Virus record (IMG/VR): IMGVR_UViG_3300032305_002351
Span: 1 to 30,863 of that record
Origin: a virus
Taxonomy: Duplodnaviria; Caudoviricetes
Reading direction: 5' to 3' (one strand)
DNA length: 30,863 bases
A program made the translations under genes and the position numbers. This document shows, piece by piece, positions 7,734 to 15,947 of this stretch. The notes under the pieces were generated by a model. That model was not told the origin of the DNA. It saw nothing but the letters and a program-made list of their open reading frames with translations, and searched no databases. Every line of letters begins with the position of its first letter. The first letter of the stretch is position 1.

Positions 7734-7862
7734 ATGATGGATGCAATGTTTTGGTTCGGTTGTGGTTTAATCGTTGGATGGAACCTTCTTCCTCAGCCTA
7801 TGTGGGTTAAGATGGTTTATGATATGATTGTTTCAAAAATTAAAAGCATGATTATTGGTTGA
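7734..7862 (+). CDS. Small 42-aa membrane protein
   Basis: Perfect SD GGAGGTGA before ATG 7734 (ORF track starts earlier at 7677); hydrophobic MFWFGCGLIVGWNLLPQP then amphipathic helix. Confidence 0.75.
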   Translation: MMDAMFWFGCGLIVGWNLLPQPMWVKMVYDMIVSKIKSMIIG

Positions 7863-7883
7863 TTTTAAATTATTTTTAATATG

Positions 7884-7916
7884 AAGAATGGGAAATCATT
7901 TTCCCATTCTTTTTTT
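7884..7916 (+). terminator. Rho-independent terminator between convergent genes
   Basis: 12-bp stem AAGAATGGGAAA-TCAT-TTTCCCATTCTT running into a T tract. Confidence 0.85.
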
Positions 7917-8220
7917 ATTTCTTGTGATTCTTTACCCATTCACCAAAACTAACAATTATTTTTCCATCTTCTTGTCCATCTTCATGCTCATGTTCATGTT
8001 CATGTTCATGTTCATGGCGTTTGTCATATCTTATTGAGCTATAAACATCAGAAATAGCGTTTTTAGCTGTTGTTATTTTGCTTTCTATCCAATCTTCCAA
8101 AGTTTCGTCTTCATCAAGCATGTGAAGTAATTCTTCTACATTTTCGTAAATATCGTGTAAATTACGATAAGCCATATAAGATCTATGTTCATTTTCTTCG
8201 TGATCTGTGTCTTCTTTCAT
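7915..8220 (-). CDS. Acidic hypothetical phage protein with (HE)6 tract
   Basis: SD GGAG upstream; helical core MAYRNL..ELLHMLDEDETLEDWIESKITTA resembles a small domain I recall from T4-like/large phages (inference). Confidence 0.8.
   Translation of the reverse strand: MKEDTDHEENEHRSYMAYRNLHDIYENVEELLHMLDEDETLEDWIESKITTAKNAISDVYSSIRYDKRHEHEHEHEHEHEDGQEDGKIIVSFGEWVKNHKK
7981..8016. repeat. 6 x 6-bp tandem repeat (TTCATG) encoding HEHEHEHEHEHE
   Basis: ttcatg ctcatg ttcatg ttcatg ttcatg ttcatg. Confidence 0.9.
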
Positions 8221-8293
8221 GTCTCTGTCACTCCAATATAAAGTAATTTCCTACGTTTTAATTCTGTTATTGTTTGTGCTGGTGTAGCTATTT

Positions 8294-8797
8294 TTAATTC
8301 CACTTGCTGAAAATTGTATTACTGTAATCATTACCACCATTTCTAATAACTATTTGACCTGCTGCATCCTTGCTATTAGTTACTTGTCCATTCAACAATT
8401 CATCTTCTGCTTTTTTTGCTCTCTTAAAATGATCTCTTAATTCTCTACCAATGAGTTTCATAAGTAAATTTGTAATATGTTTTTCGCTCTTATCCTTTTC
8501 CGTATCAAAAATATCAATCAACATTGCTTGTAAATCAAGTTCATAGGATTCACCATACGGTTGTGTTTCTGCTTTCTTCTGAGTTTTGAAAGCAAGTATG
8601 TCTCCTAACATGTAGAACCTTATGCCTTCAAAAGTTGTTGGAACTGGATAAGCATAAACAAATATATAAGGCTCTTGCTCATCACGAGTGAAATCTTCAA
8701 TTCTTAAACCATCTTTTTCCAAAACATTCTTTAAAAGACGAAGTTTTCTCTTCGCAAAATAATGGTGACGATCTACATATTCGTTAAATAGAATCAT
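8294..8797 (-). CDS. Hypothetical protein (N-terminal MILFNEY motif)
   Basis: SD AAGGA upstream; 167-aa ORF. Confidence 0.8.
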   Translation of the reverse strand: MILFNEYVDRHHYFAKRKLRLLKNVLEKDGLRIEDFTRDEQEPYIFVYAYPVPTTFEGIRFYMLGDILAFKTQKKAETQPYGESYELDLQAMLIDIFDTEKDKSEKHITNLLMKLIGRELRDHFKRAKKAEDELLNGQVTNSKDAAGQIVIRNGGNDYSNTIFSKWN

Positions 8798-8819
8798 TTT
8801 GTTTCCTTATTCTTTACAG

Positions 8820-10088
8820 TTAGCAATTTCTAAGTATGAGTTCCGGCGAACTAGGAACGCAACGAATAAGATTAATCAAATCGCTTGGGTTTCCGTTGAA
8901 AGGAAGTTCTTTAATGCTTAATCCGTTTACATTGCCTGCTGCATCCATCAATGTCTCAAGAGAAGCATTAATAAGCAACATTCCATCCTTCTTGACCAGA
9001 AATTCAGTTTTATCTTTTAAAGGACTGCCATTTTCATCCATTTCGCCAGTTTCTTTTTGATACTGGATCTTAATGTCTTGCAATGTAGTAAGATTGCCTT
9101 CTGCATCAAATAACGCCTCTGAGGCATCATTTTGGAACGTAGATACGGTAAGAACTCCATTGTCGTATCCACTTCTAAGAACATTAGAAAGATCTAAGCC
9201 GATAAAATAAATAGTTCCATTATCTGCCAGCACATTAACAATGAAAACTCTTTTTTCAAAAGAAGTTGCAACAGATTCAATGATTATTCTGTGTCTAAGA
9301 ACTCTTTTTTCTTCTGGAGCACCACTATCAAGCTTTTCTAATTCAGCGTCAGCAAGATATTTCTGAGGGTCATCTTGCTGTAATGCCCAACGACCAACAT
9401 CAATTGACCCAAACCTACTATTAAACCTTGTTGAAATTCTTATTGAATAAGTTTTCTCATTATAAACAATATCTTCCTGCTGTGCGCCTGAACCAACTTG
9501 AATTGCACCAATTAAAGAAGCAATATACTTTCTGTGAAGATCTGCCTTGTTACTATAAAGACCAGATATCCTTATAAAAGTGTTTATCAACTCTGGCATT
9601 GATGACAGTGTTGATGAAAAATGATTTACCAAAGAAACTCCGGGATTAGCCATATCAAGATCATCTCTAATCTTTTTCCGCATATCTGCTGAAGCTTTAT
9701 TAATGTTCGAATTTTGCCTCAAAAAACAAACTTGAAGATTATCTTCAATGAATTTCCTTTGATATGAAGATAATTCTCCATCTCTAATACTCATTATCAT
9801 TTGAATCAAAGTTACAACATCATTTTTAATGCTTTCTTTGAAAAATTTGTTTTTCCAAGAACTAAAATCAGAGATCTTAGAATCCTTTGGCATGTCAGGT
9901 TCTTTAGGTTCTTCAATGTTTGGCTTCTCCATTGGAGAAGTATTTTGAGGAACACTCAATTGAGTTGTTTTGTCATATGACTGAGGTGGCAGGCTTGAAG
10001 GGTCAGATCCCATGAAAGCATCAGGAGCTGGCGCTGGATTTTCCTGTTCACTCATCAGCCAATTTTGGAGATTGATCAGATTCGGCAT
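8820..10088 (-). CDS. Hypothetical protein with Pro-rich disordered N-terminus, possible virion/head protein
   Basis: 422-aa ORF; AAGGA upstream; begins MPNLINLQNWLMSE. Confidence 0.85.
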   Translation of the reverse strand: MPNLINLQNWLMSEQENPAPAPDAFMGSDPSSLPPQSYDKTTQLSVPQNTSPMEKPNIEEPKEPDMPKDSKISDFSSWKNKFFKESIKNDVVTLIQMIMSIRDGELSSYQRKFIEDNLQVCFLRQNSNINKASADMRKKIRDDLDMANPGVSLVNHFSSTLSSMPELINTFIRISGLYSNKADLHRKYIASLIGAIQVGSGAQQEDIVYNEKTYSIRISTRFNSRFGSIDVGRWALQQDDPQKYLADAELEKLDSGAPEEKRVLRHRIIIESVATSFEKRVFIVNVLADNGTIYFIGLDLSNVLRSGYDNGVLTVSTFQNDASEALFDAEGNLTTLQDIKIQYQKETGEMDENGSPLKDKTEFLVKKDGMLLINASLETLMDAAGNVNGLSIKELPFNGNPSDLINLIRCVPSSPELILRNC

Positions 10089-10494
10089 CTTGGTCTTCCT
10101 TCTTTGTTGTTAACTTATTTATCGTTTCAATCAAATTTCTTCTATCCGTTATCGTTATATTATTGTTTTGTGTGGCATTAATCTTTGAACCATGCTTTTC
10201 TTTAATCTTCAAAGATGTCATAAGATCAGCAATTTTGCCTTTACCAATTGATATATCAGATTTTAATTTGGCTAAATTTACTAATGCCTCTTTGCTAGAA
10301 GATGTTGAATCACCCTCGTTCATAACCATTTCCACAAAATTTGACAAAATAGATTCAACTTCTTTGCGATCATCACGCAAATCTTCTAGTATTTCTTCAT
10401 AAAGTTCCATCAATTGTTCATCACTTACAACCGAATTTTGATCTGTAGAAGAAAAAATAACTGGCATAGCCGGAATAATTGGTTTGTTTTTCAT
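10048..10494 (-). CDS. Helical protein, possible terminase small subunit (T4 gp16-like)
   Basis: 148 aa; helical hairpin (ESILSNFVEMV..SKEALVNLAKL..KIADL) followed by TQNNNITITDRRNLIETI, like the gp16-type C-terminal strand-helix. CDS secure, product tentative. Confidence 0.4.
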   Translation of the reverse strand: MKNKPIIPAMPVIFSSTDQNSVVSDEQLMELYEEILEDLRDDRKEVESILSNFVEMVMNEGDSTSSSKEALVNLAKLKSDISIGKGKIADLMTSLKIKEKHGSKINATQNNNITITDRRNLIETINKLTTKKEDQDAESDQSPKLADE

Positions 10495-10499
10495 ATTAT

Positions 10500-10536
10500 T
10501 ATTTACAATTTAGTAAGCAAATAATACATATAAATA
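10500..10536. promoter_or_regulatory. Divergent putative late promoters (minus GTAAATA 10500-10506; plus ACATATAAATA 10526-10536)
   Basis: 41-bp divergent gap; neither start has an SD; contains exact TATAAATA at 10529-10536. Confidence 0.4.
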
Positions 10537-10946
10537 TGGTTGTAGCAAGAAAAAATAATTCAGATGATGACAATCTGGAAAAAAAGGTGCAAAATTTATA
10601 TGACTCAACATCTAGAGTTGATGAAAGGGTCAAAATTATGCTTGAAAATCAAGAAAAACTTGATACTAAATTTGAAAAAATTATTGACAAACATATTGAA
10701 ATACAAACTAAAATAATATTAATGGAAGAAAAATTAAAAAAATTTTCAGATAACATCAATGACATAGTAGAAAGAATGGATGATTTAGAAAAAAGCCATG
10801 AGGATTTGTATAAATACAAGATCGGTACAGAATCACAAGTTAAAAATATATTCACTTTATTATACAATACATGGATAGCTATTTATAATATTGCAGTGCC
10901 AGTAACAATCGGATATATTCTATATGCCATAGGAATACAAAAATGA
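10536..10946 (+). CDS. Coiled-coil protein with C-terminal transmembrane helix (XhlA/holin-like architecture)
   Basis: Likely start ATG 10536 (track start 10479 overlaps the divergent gene); heptad-rich body, hydrophobic IAIYNIAVPVTIGYILYAIGI. Confidence 0.7.
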   Translation: MVVARKNNSDDDNLEKKVQNLYDSTSRVDERVKIMLENQEKLDTKFEKIIDKHIEIQTKIILMEEKLKKFSDNINDIVERMDDLEKSHEDLYKYKIGTESQVKNIFTLLYNTWIAIYNIAVPVTIGYILYAIGIQK

Positions 10947-12337
10947 GCGAAGAACTATTGTCTAAAATTAGACTCAAAGACACCAAAGGTGCAACTAACT
11001 TTAAACCTTTAAAGGTTGATTCAAGTAACAATTCTTTGCTAAAACCAATTATTGAAGCTTTCGAAAATAGCGATAACGTAAAAATTGGATATTCTACACT
11101 AGACAAAAGCAAAGGTATTGTTCAACCAACACTTAAAAGAAAAAGTTTGTATTTAACCGGAGGTGCCTTAAGAGATCACCTTAAAGGGAAAACATTCAAA
11201 AACTTTGACCTAGTTACAGATGCAACACCTGATGAAATCATGCTAATTCTTAAACAATCCGAAACTCCATTCAAGAAAGTACATGACAATTATCAATTTG
11301 ACAACATTGAACTTGTTTACTATCCTTCAAGACATGATTCAAAAAATAATGTTATGGAAATTACCGTTCAAAAAGGTAGTCAAAAAGCTCATATTGCAAC
11401 AATGAATAGAAATAGCAAAAATAGACATCTTGTCCCAGATGAAGCTAAATTTGTCCATAATATTGATCAAGACGCTTATTCAAGAGACTTAACAGTAAAT
11501 GCTTTATATTTAAAATTAAAAAATCCTGATGGAGAAAACGGAGAATTAACTGATCCTGTCGGTGGAGCACATGATCTTAAAGTTGGAGAAATAACAACTG
11601 TAGAAGATCCAATCGTTACTTTCAAACGAGATCATTATCTACCATTCAGACTTGCTGATATCTGTTGCAGATTTTCAGTTAGTAAAAAAATTCCTGAAAG
11701 ATTTTTAGAGATTATTAACAATTTAGTCAAACATGCAGATTTTGACAGTAAAATTCTCAAAAAATATTATGTTAACGCAATAGAAAACGTAGATATTAAC
11801 CCAACACAATACCTAAGAAATTTACAACAAGCTGGTATGTTACAAAAACTATTTCCAAATTGCAATTTTGCTAATATAATTAGCGATTTACCGAATAATA
11901 AGATTCTTTTAAATGCTTATCTCCTTTATCCAAATAATGTTGATATGACAAAAAATTTATTAACACTTCAGGGATACACTAAAGGTGATGTTGACGAAAT
12001 CGGCAAGTTTATGAAATTAGCTGTATGGTGTAACGGTAATACGCATAATACACATTTAATTCATGACATACTGACAATGCCTATTAGACTGCCTCATTCA
12101 AAAATTTATGATTTCCTAAAAATGTTTGGCAAAGGTGATTTGTATCATAAAGTGTTCAAACAAGATTATTCTGGTGTTACTAAAAAATATATTGAAGACG
12201 ATAGCACGGGAGATAAGGTTGCGAATCCAAAATATATTAAATATTTGGGTAAAAGTCCTGATTATGATGAAATGGACACTGTTAGAAAAAATTTGTTGGA
12301 TAAAGCTGTAAAAGAAAAGATTAATTATGGCTCGTAA
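10943..12337 (+). CDS. CCA-adding enzyme / poly(A) polymerase family (class II nucleotidyltransferase) protein with degenerate catalytic motifs
   Basis: LYLTGGALRD, FDLVTDATPDEI, DAYSRDLTVNALY, DPVGGAHDL in canonical order. Confidence 0.85.
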   Translation: MSEELLSKIRLKDTKGATNFKPLKVDSSNNSLLKPIIEAFENSDNVKIGYSTLDKSKGIVQPTLKRKSLYLTGGALRDHLKGKTFKNFDLVTDATPDEIMLILKQSETPFKKVHDNYQFDNIELVYYPSRHDSKNNVMEITVQKGSQKAHIATMNRNSKNRHLVPDEAKFVHNIDQDAYSRDLTVNALYLKLKNPDGENGELTDPVGGAHDLKVGEITTVEDPIVTFKRDHYLPFRLADICCRFSVSKKIPERFLEIINNLVKHADFDSKILKKYYVNAIENVDINPTQYLRNLQQAGMLQKLFPNCNFANIISDLPNNKILLNAYLLYPNNVDMTKNLLTLQGYTKGDVDEIGKFMKLAVWCNGNTHNTHLIHDILTMPIRLPHSKIYDFLKMFGKGDLYHKVFKQDYSGVTKKYIEDDSTGDKVANPKYIKYLGKSPDYDEMDTVRKNLLDKAVKEKINYGS

Positions 12338-12821
12338 CAATTATGGAAGTTTGTTTAAAGATGTTATTTCCAAAAGTGTTAGAGCTAATCAATATGGTCC
12401 TACTTTAAAAACTGTTGCTAGTGGCAGTCTTGTTACATTTCAATACTTATTTGCAAAAAACGATGTTTATCCTTTGGTTATTTTAACTTATGTCAGCATG
12501 AATTATATTCATGGTGTAAATTTGCATTATTTAACATTTAATCAAATAAAAGAAGTTTTACAAAAAGATAAGTTGAATGGATGTCGTACCGGCTTCAATT
12601 ACCAAAATGTAAAACCATATGGATATATAGTTGATGCTTACAGAACATATAAAAGGAATGGATTAAGAAATCTTAAGATATTAAATTGTGATTTAATTAC
12701 CAAATCAATGACTGTTACAAGATCAATAGACCCTCAAGAATCTGAAGCAATTAGAGAAAATATAAGAAATCAGATTAGTGGGTTAGTAAATACACCAGCA
12801 CAACAAATGATGGAAAAGTGA
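12327..12821 (+). CDS. DNA end protector protein (T4 gp2-like)
   Basis: GSLVTFQY..DVYPLVI..IHGVNLHYL..AYRTY matches gp2-family GxxYxFxY..DxFPL..GxNLHYL. Confidence 0.65.
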   Translation: MARNNYGSLFKDVISKSVRANQYGPTLKTVASGSLVTFQYLFAKNDVYPLVILTYVSMNYIHGVNLHYLTFNQIKEVLQKDKLNGCRTGFNYQNVKPYGYIVDAYRTYKRNGLRNLKILNCDLITKSMTVTRSIDPQESEAIRENIRNQISGLVNTPAQQMMEK

Positions 12822-12828
12822 GTATTCT

Positions 12829-15800
12829 ATGGTTGATATAAAACTAACAGAAGATGATTTCAGAGACGAAACCAAAGAAAAGAAGAACACAAAAGGTGAT
12901 GGTTCTTTTAAAGAATTAGCAGACCTTCTTCAGAAAATGAATGATAAATTTGATCAAAATTTAGAATTAGTTAAAAAAATATTTGATCAAATTACAAAAA
13001 AAATGAATAACAAGGGTGGTGGCGGTAAAGGTGGCGGCAACAACCCTTTTGATGACGCAGATGCATCCCAAGCTGGTGGTGGTGGTGGTGGAGGAGGTGG
13101 TGGTGGTGGTGGTAATCCTTTTGAAGACACAGATGCGCTAGCTCCAATAGTTGCGATAATTGGAGCTGGTTTAGCTACTGCTTTCAGAACTGTTGTCGGT
13201 CCAGCTTTATTGGTTGCCGCAGGGGCGGCTGCGAGGGAACTTACCACAGGTGCCGTTGACGCTGCAAAAACTTTAAAACCAAATATTTCTAAAATATTTG
13301 GTATATTCACCGAATTAAAAGACGAAGGCAGTAGTCTTTACAGACCTTTGAGAGAAGCAACAGACATAACACAAATGATGACGGAAATTAACAATTATGA
13401 AGTAGCAATGAAAAGAGCTGCGTATCAGACTAAAGGATTAACAGTAGAAAGTGGTGATTTGCTAGAATCTGTTACAAAAATTGGACAAACCATGGATTTA
13501 ACTGGATTCCATGAAGAAAAATTCCGTAAAGCCAGTTTAAAACTGGCAAAAGCTGGTATAACTAATGATAGAGATAGATCAAAGATTGCAATTGCATCAC
13601 TTAGTACTGCAAGACAAATGGGATTAGAAGCTGAAGCATTAGGTACTTATTTTGAAGATTTATATTTAAAATCTGGAATGACTGCTACTCAACTTGGAAT
13701 TGTCAATAAAAACATGCTTGACATTTCAAGAAATACTGGATTAACTGGAGCAAGTCTTAAAGCAGCAGTAGATCAAGGTAAAATTTTTGCAACTGATATG
13801 AGAAATTCTGGTCAACTAACAGCTATGTCGTTGAAAAATGTAACACAATTGACAGCTAACTTCCAAAAATTTGGCGTTTCTGATCTTGGAGCACAAATAA
13901 ACAAAAATTTAGCAAGCGGAACCAAGATGGTTCTTGAATCTGGTGATGCTTTGTCTAATATGATGCGTCAAGCAGCAAATAAAGGTGGTGTATATCAAAA
14001 ATTACTGACAGGTTCATTATTAAAATCTGAAAAAGGAATGAGAAAATTTTATGATGGACTTTCTGGAGTGATGGAAGAAATAGGTCTTACTACGAGGGAA
14101 CAATTTGAAAATTTAAGTGATCAAGAAAAATTAATGATTAACTTAAGATCAAAAGCTCGTTTTGGTCATGAAGCTGGTGAAGTGTTTTCGGTTAAGGAAG
14201 CAATGGGCGAATCTACAAAAACATTTGAAATGAAAATGGCTGATATTGAGGAAAAACAAAAAGACAACAAAATCGTAAAATTAACAGCTAATGATAGGGC
14301 TAAACTAGATGAAGATAAAAGAGCATTGACAGCTTCAAAAGCAATGGATATCATGGGGACTATATCTGAATCCATGAAAGGAGCAAAAACATTTGATGAA
14401 GGTCTTGGTAATATAAGCAAAAAGGTAAAATCGGAAGATTTGGAAAGCTCTTTAAAGATTTTGAGACCCATGCATGAATTTGAAAAAAATGCAGACGGGA
14501 CTTTCACTAAAGAAGGATCTAAACAAACAATAGTAACAGCACTCCGCATTGCTATGGAAGAAACCAACAAATCATTAGAACAATTAGGCAAAGCATCAGA
14601 GAAAATCGTGATAGACCCGGCAGAAATAGATGCATTGATGACAGTTGGCAATAAAGAACATTTAAACGAATTAATGATAGCTATACAGAACGGTCAACAG
14701 AAAGTGACTGAGGGGCAACAAGCAGCATTAGATCCGACAACAAAAGTAATGAATGACATGCACCATGAATTAGCCGACTTAAACAAAAAAGCACAAGAAC
14801 TATTGGACTTTACTAAAAAAGACAAGAAAGCTGAGGGCATTTTAGAAACTCTAAAAACCGCTCAAACTGGATTGAAAACTGCTCAAATGAAAGGTCTGGA
14901 ATTAGGAATTGAAGGTATTACAGCTAGCTCTAGTTGGATGGATTGGATAACTGGTTTGGCTGGTTTTGGTGCTCCTGCTACTGCTACTCCTGCTTCTAGA
15001 CCGCCGGGAACTGCAACAGGTACAAACAAAATAACAAAAGAAGGTTTATCATATGTTCATGAAGGCGAAATGATAATTCCTAAAGAATTTAGTAAAATAT
15101 CGGACAATACAGGACCATACACTCCTCTTTTAGGTAAAATAAATTCAGAAAGTACTGATTCAAATATAATGAAAACATTAACAAATAGAAATTTGCAATT
15201 ACCTGAAAAGAATGAAATGTTTTTTAGCAAAAACATGAATACTCCGAATGACAATGCATCAAAAGCGCCTGAAACTCTTTTGAATAAAACCGATTCTTTT
15301 GCATCGTCAGTTATTGGTGGATTGAATGATTTTGCAAGTACAATCGGCAGTAAAATTTCAGGTGTATTTGATTATTTTCAAGGGAATAAACCAAACGAAG
15401 AAAAAATTCTTGGAAGGACTGGACATACATCTAGTGAATTGTTAGATGTCCAAAAAGAAATGCTAAAGCTTGATTTGGCAATGAAGGATGCTGACGAAAG
15501 GAGCAGGATGTTTGCTGAAAAATTTGGGTCATCGCCCGATGAAATGTCAAAAATTATTGCACAATTAAATCAAACTGCATCAGTTCCTGAGTATACTGAT
15601 AACAAATTGATTTCCAATAATTCTAGAATGCAAGCTCAAATAGCTGCAACAGTAGATCGTAAACAAGAAATGAACCTTATAGAAGAAAAGAATTCTTCTG
15701 AAATTTTAAATGTTTTGATGAGAATTGATGAAAACACAAAATCATCTGGTTCATCTGGTCCTTCAAAAATGAATGGTGGAGGTGAGCCATATGTTAATCT

Positions 15801-15894
15801 AGTATATACCACTCGGACAAGAGTAGATCCCAAACTAGGAAATATGATGGGTGGAAATTATACTAGCAATGATTCTATCAAAGCTACAAAATAA
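12829..15894 (+). CDS. Tail tape measure protein
   Basis: 1021 aa, helical Ala/Lys/Met-rich, hydrophobic segment near aa 105-135, GLSYVHEGEMIIP motif typical of TMP C-terminal regions, directly upstream of baseplate genes. Confidence 0.8.
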   Translation: MVDIKLTEDDFRDETKEKKNTKGDGSFKELADLLQKMNDKFDQNLELVKKIFDQITKKMNNKGGGGKGGGNNPFDDADASQAGGGGGGGGGGGGGNPFEDTDALAPIVAIIGAGLATAFRTVVGPALLVAAGAAARELTTGAVDAAKTLKPNISKIFGIFTELKDEGSSLYRPLREATDITQMMTEINNYEVAMKRAAYQTKGLTVESGDLLESVTKIGQTMDLTGFHEEKFRKASLKLAKAGITNDRDRSKIAIASLSTARQMGLEAEALGTYFEDLYLKSGMTATQLGIVNKNMLDISRNTGLTGASLKAAVDQGKIFATDMRNSGQLTAMSLKNVTQLTANFQKFGVSDLGAQINKNLASGTKMVLESGDALSNMMRQAANKGGVYQKLLTGSLLKSEKGMRKFYDGLSGVMEEIGLTTREQFENLSDQEKLMINLRSKARFGHEAGEVFSVKEAMGESTKTFEMKMADIEEKQKDNKIVKLTANDRAKLDEDKRALTASKAMDIMGTISESMKGAKTFDEGLGNISKKVKSEDLESSLKILRPMHEFEKNADGTFTKEGSKQTIVTALRIAMEETNKSLEQLGKASEKIVIDPAEIDALMTVGNKEHLNELMIAIQNGQQKVTEGQQAALDPTTKVMNDMHHELADLNKKAQELLDFTKKDKKAEGILETLKTAQTGLKTAQMKGLELGIEGITASSSWMDWITGLAGFGAPATATPASRPPGTATGTNKITKEGLSYVHEGEMIIPKEFSKISDNTGPYTPLLGKINSESTDSNIMKTLTNRNLQLPEKNEMFFSKNMNTPNDNASKAPETLLNKTDSFASSVIGGLNDFASTIGSKISGVFDYFQGNKPNEEKILGRTGHTSSELLDVQKEMLKLDLAMKDADERSRMFAEKFGSSPDEMSKIIAQLNQTASVPEYTDNKLISNNSRMQAQIAATVDRKQEMNLIEEKNSSEILNVLMRIDENTKSSGSSGPSKMNGGGEPYVNLVYTTRTRVDPKLGNMMGGNYTSNDSIKATK
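13075..13113 (+). repeat. (GGT/GGA)13 trinucleotide tract encoding poly-Gly
   Basis: Read directly; flanked by duplicated GGG(N)NPF[D/E]DxDA. Confidence 0.9.
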
Positions 15895-15915
15895 TAAATA
15901 AAATAATTCAACTAA

Positions 15916-15924
15916 ACATAAATA
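15916..15924 (+). promoter_or_regulatory. Putative late promoter ACATAAATA
   Basis: In the 53-bp gap heading the baseplate operon; same 9-mer as 1776. Confidence 0.45.
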
Positions 15925-15947
15925 TATAAAAATTACTGAGTTACAAT

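Noticed and set aside
12327-12828. Tail assembly chaperone with programmed frameshift before the tape measure gene
   Set aside because: The upstream gene looks gp2-like and ends 7 nt before the TMP start, leaving no room for an extended frame.
13042-13122. NPF motifs as eukaryotic EH-domain ligands
   Set aside because: Context is a bacteriophage tail protein; a 3-aa match is uninformative.
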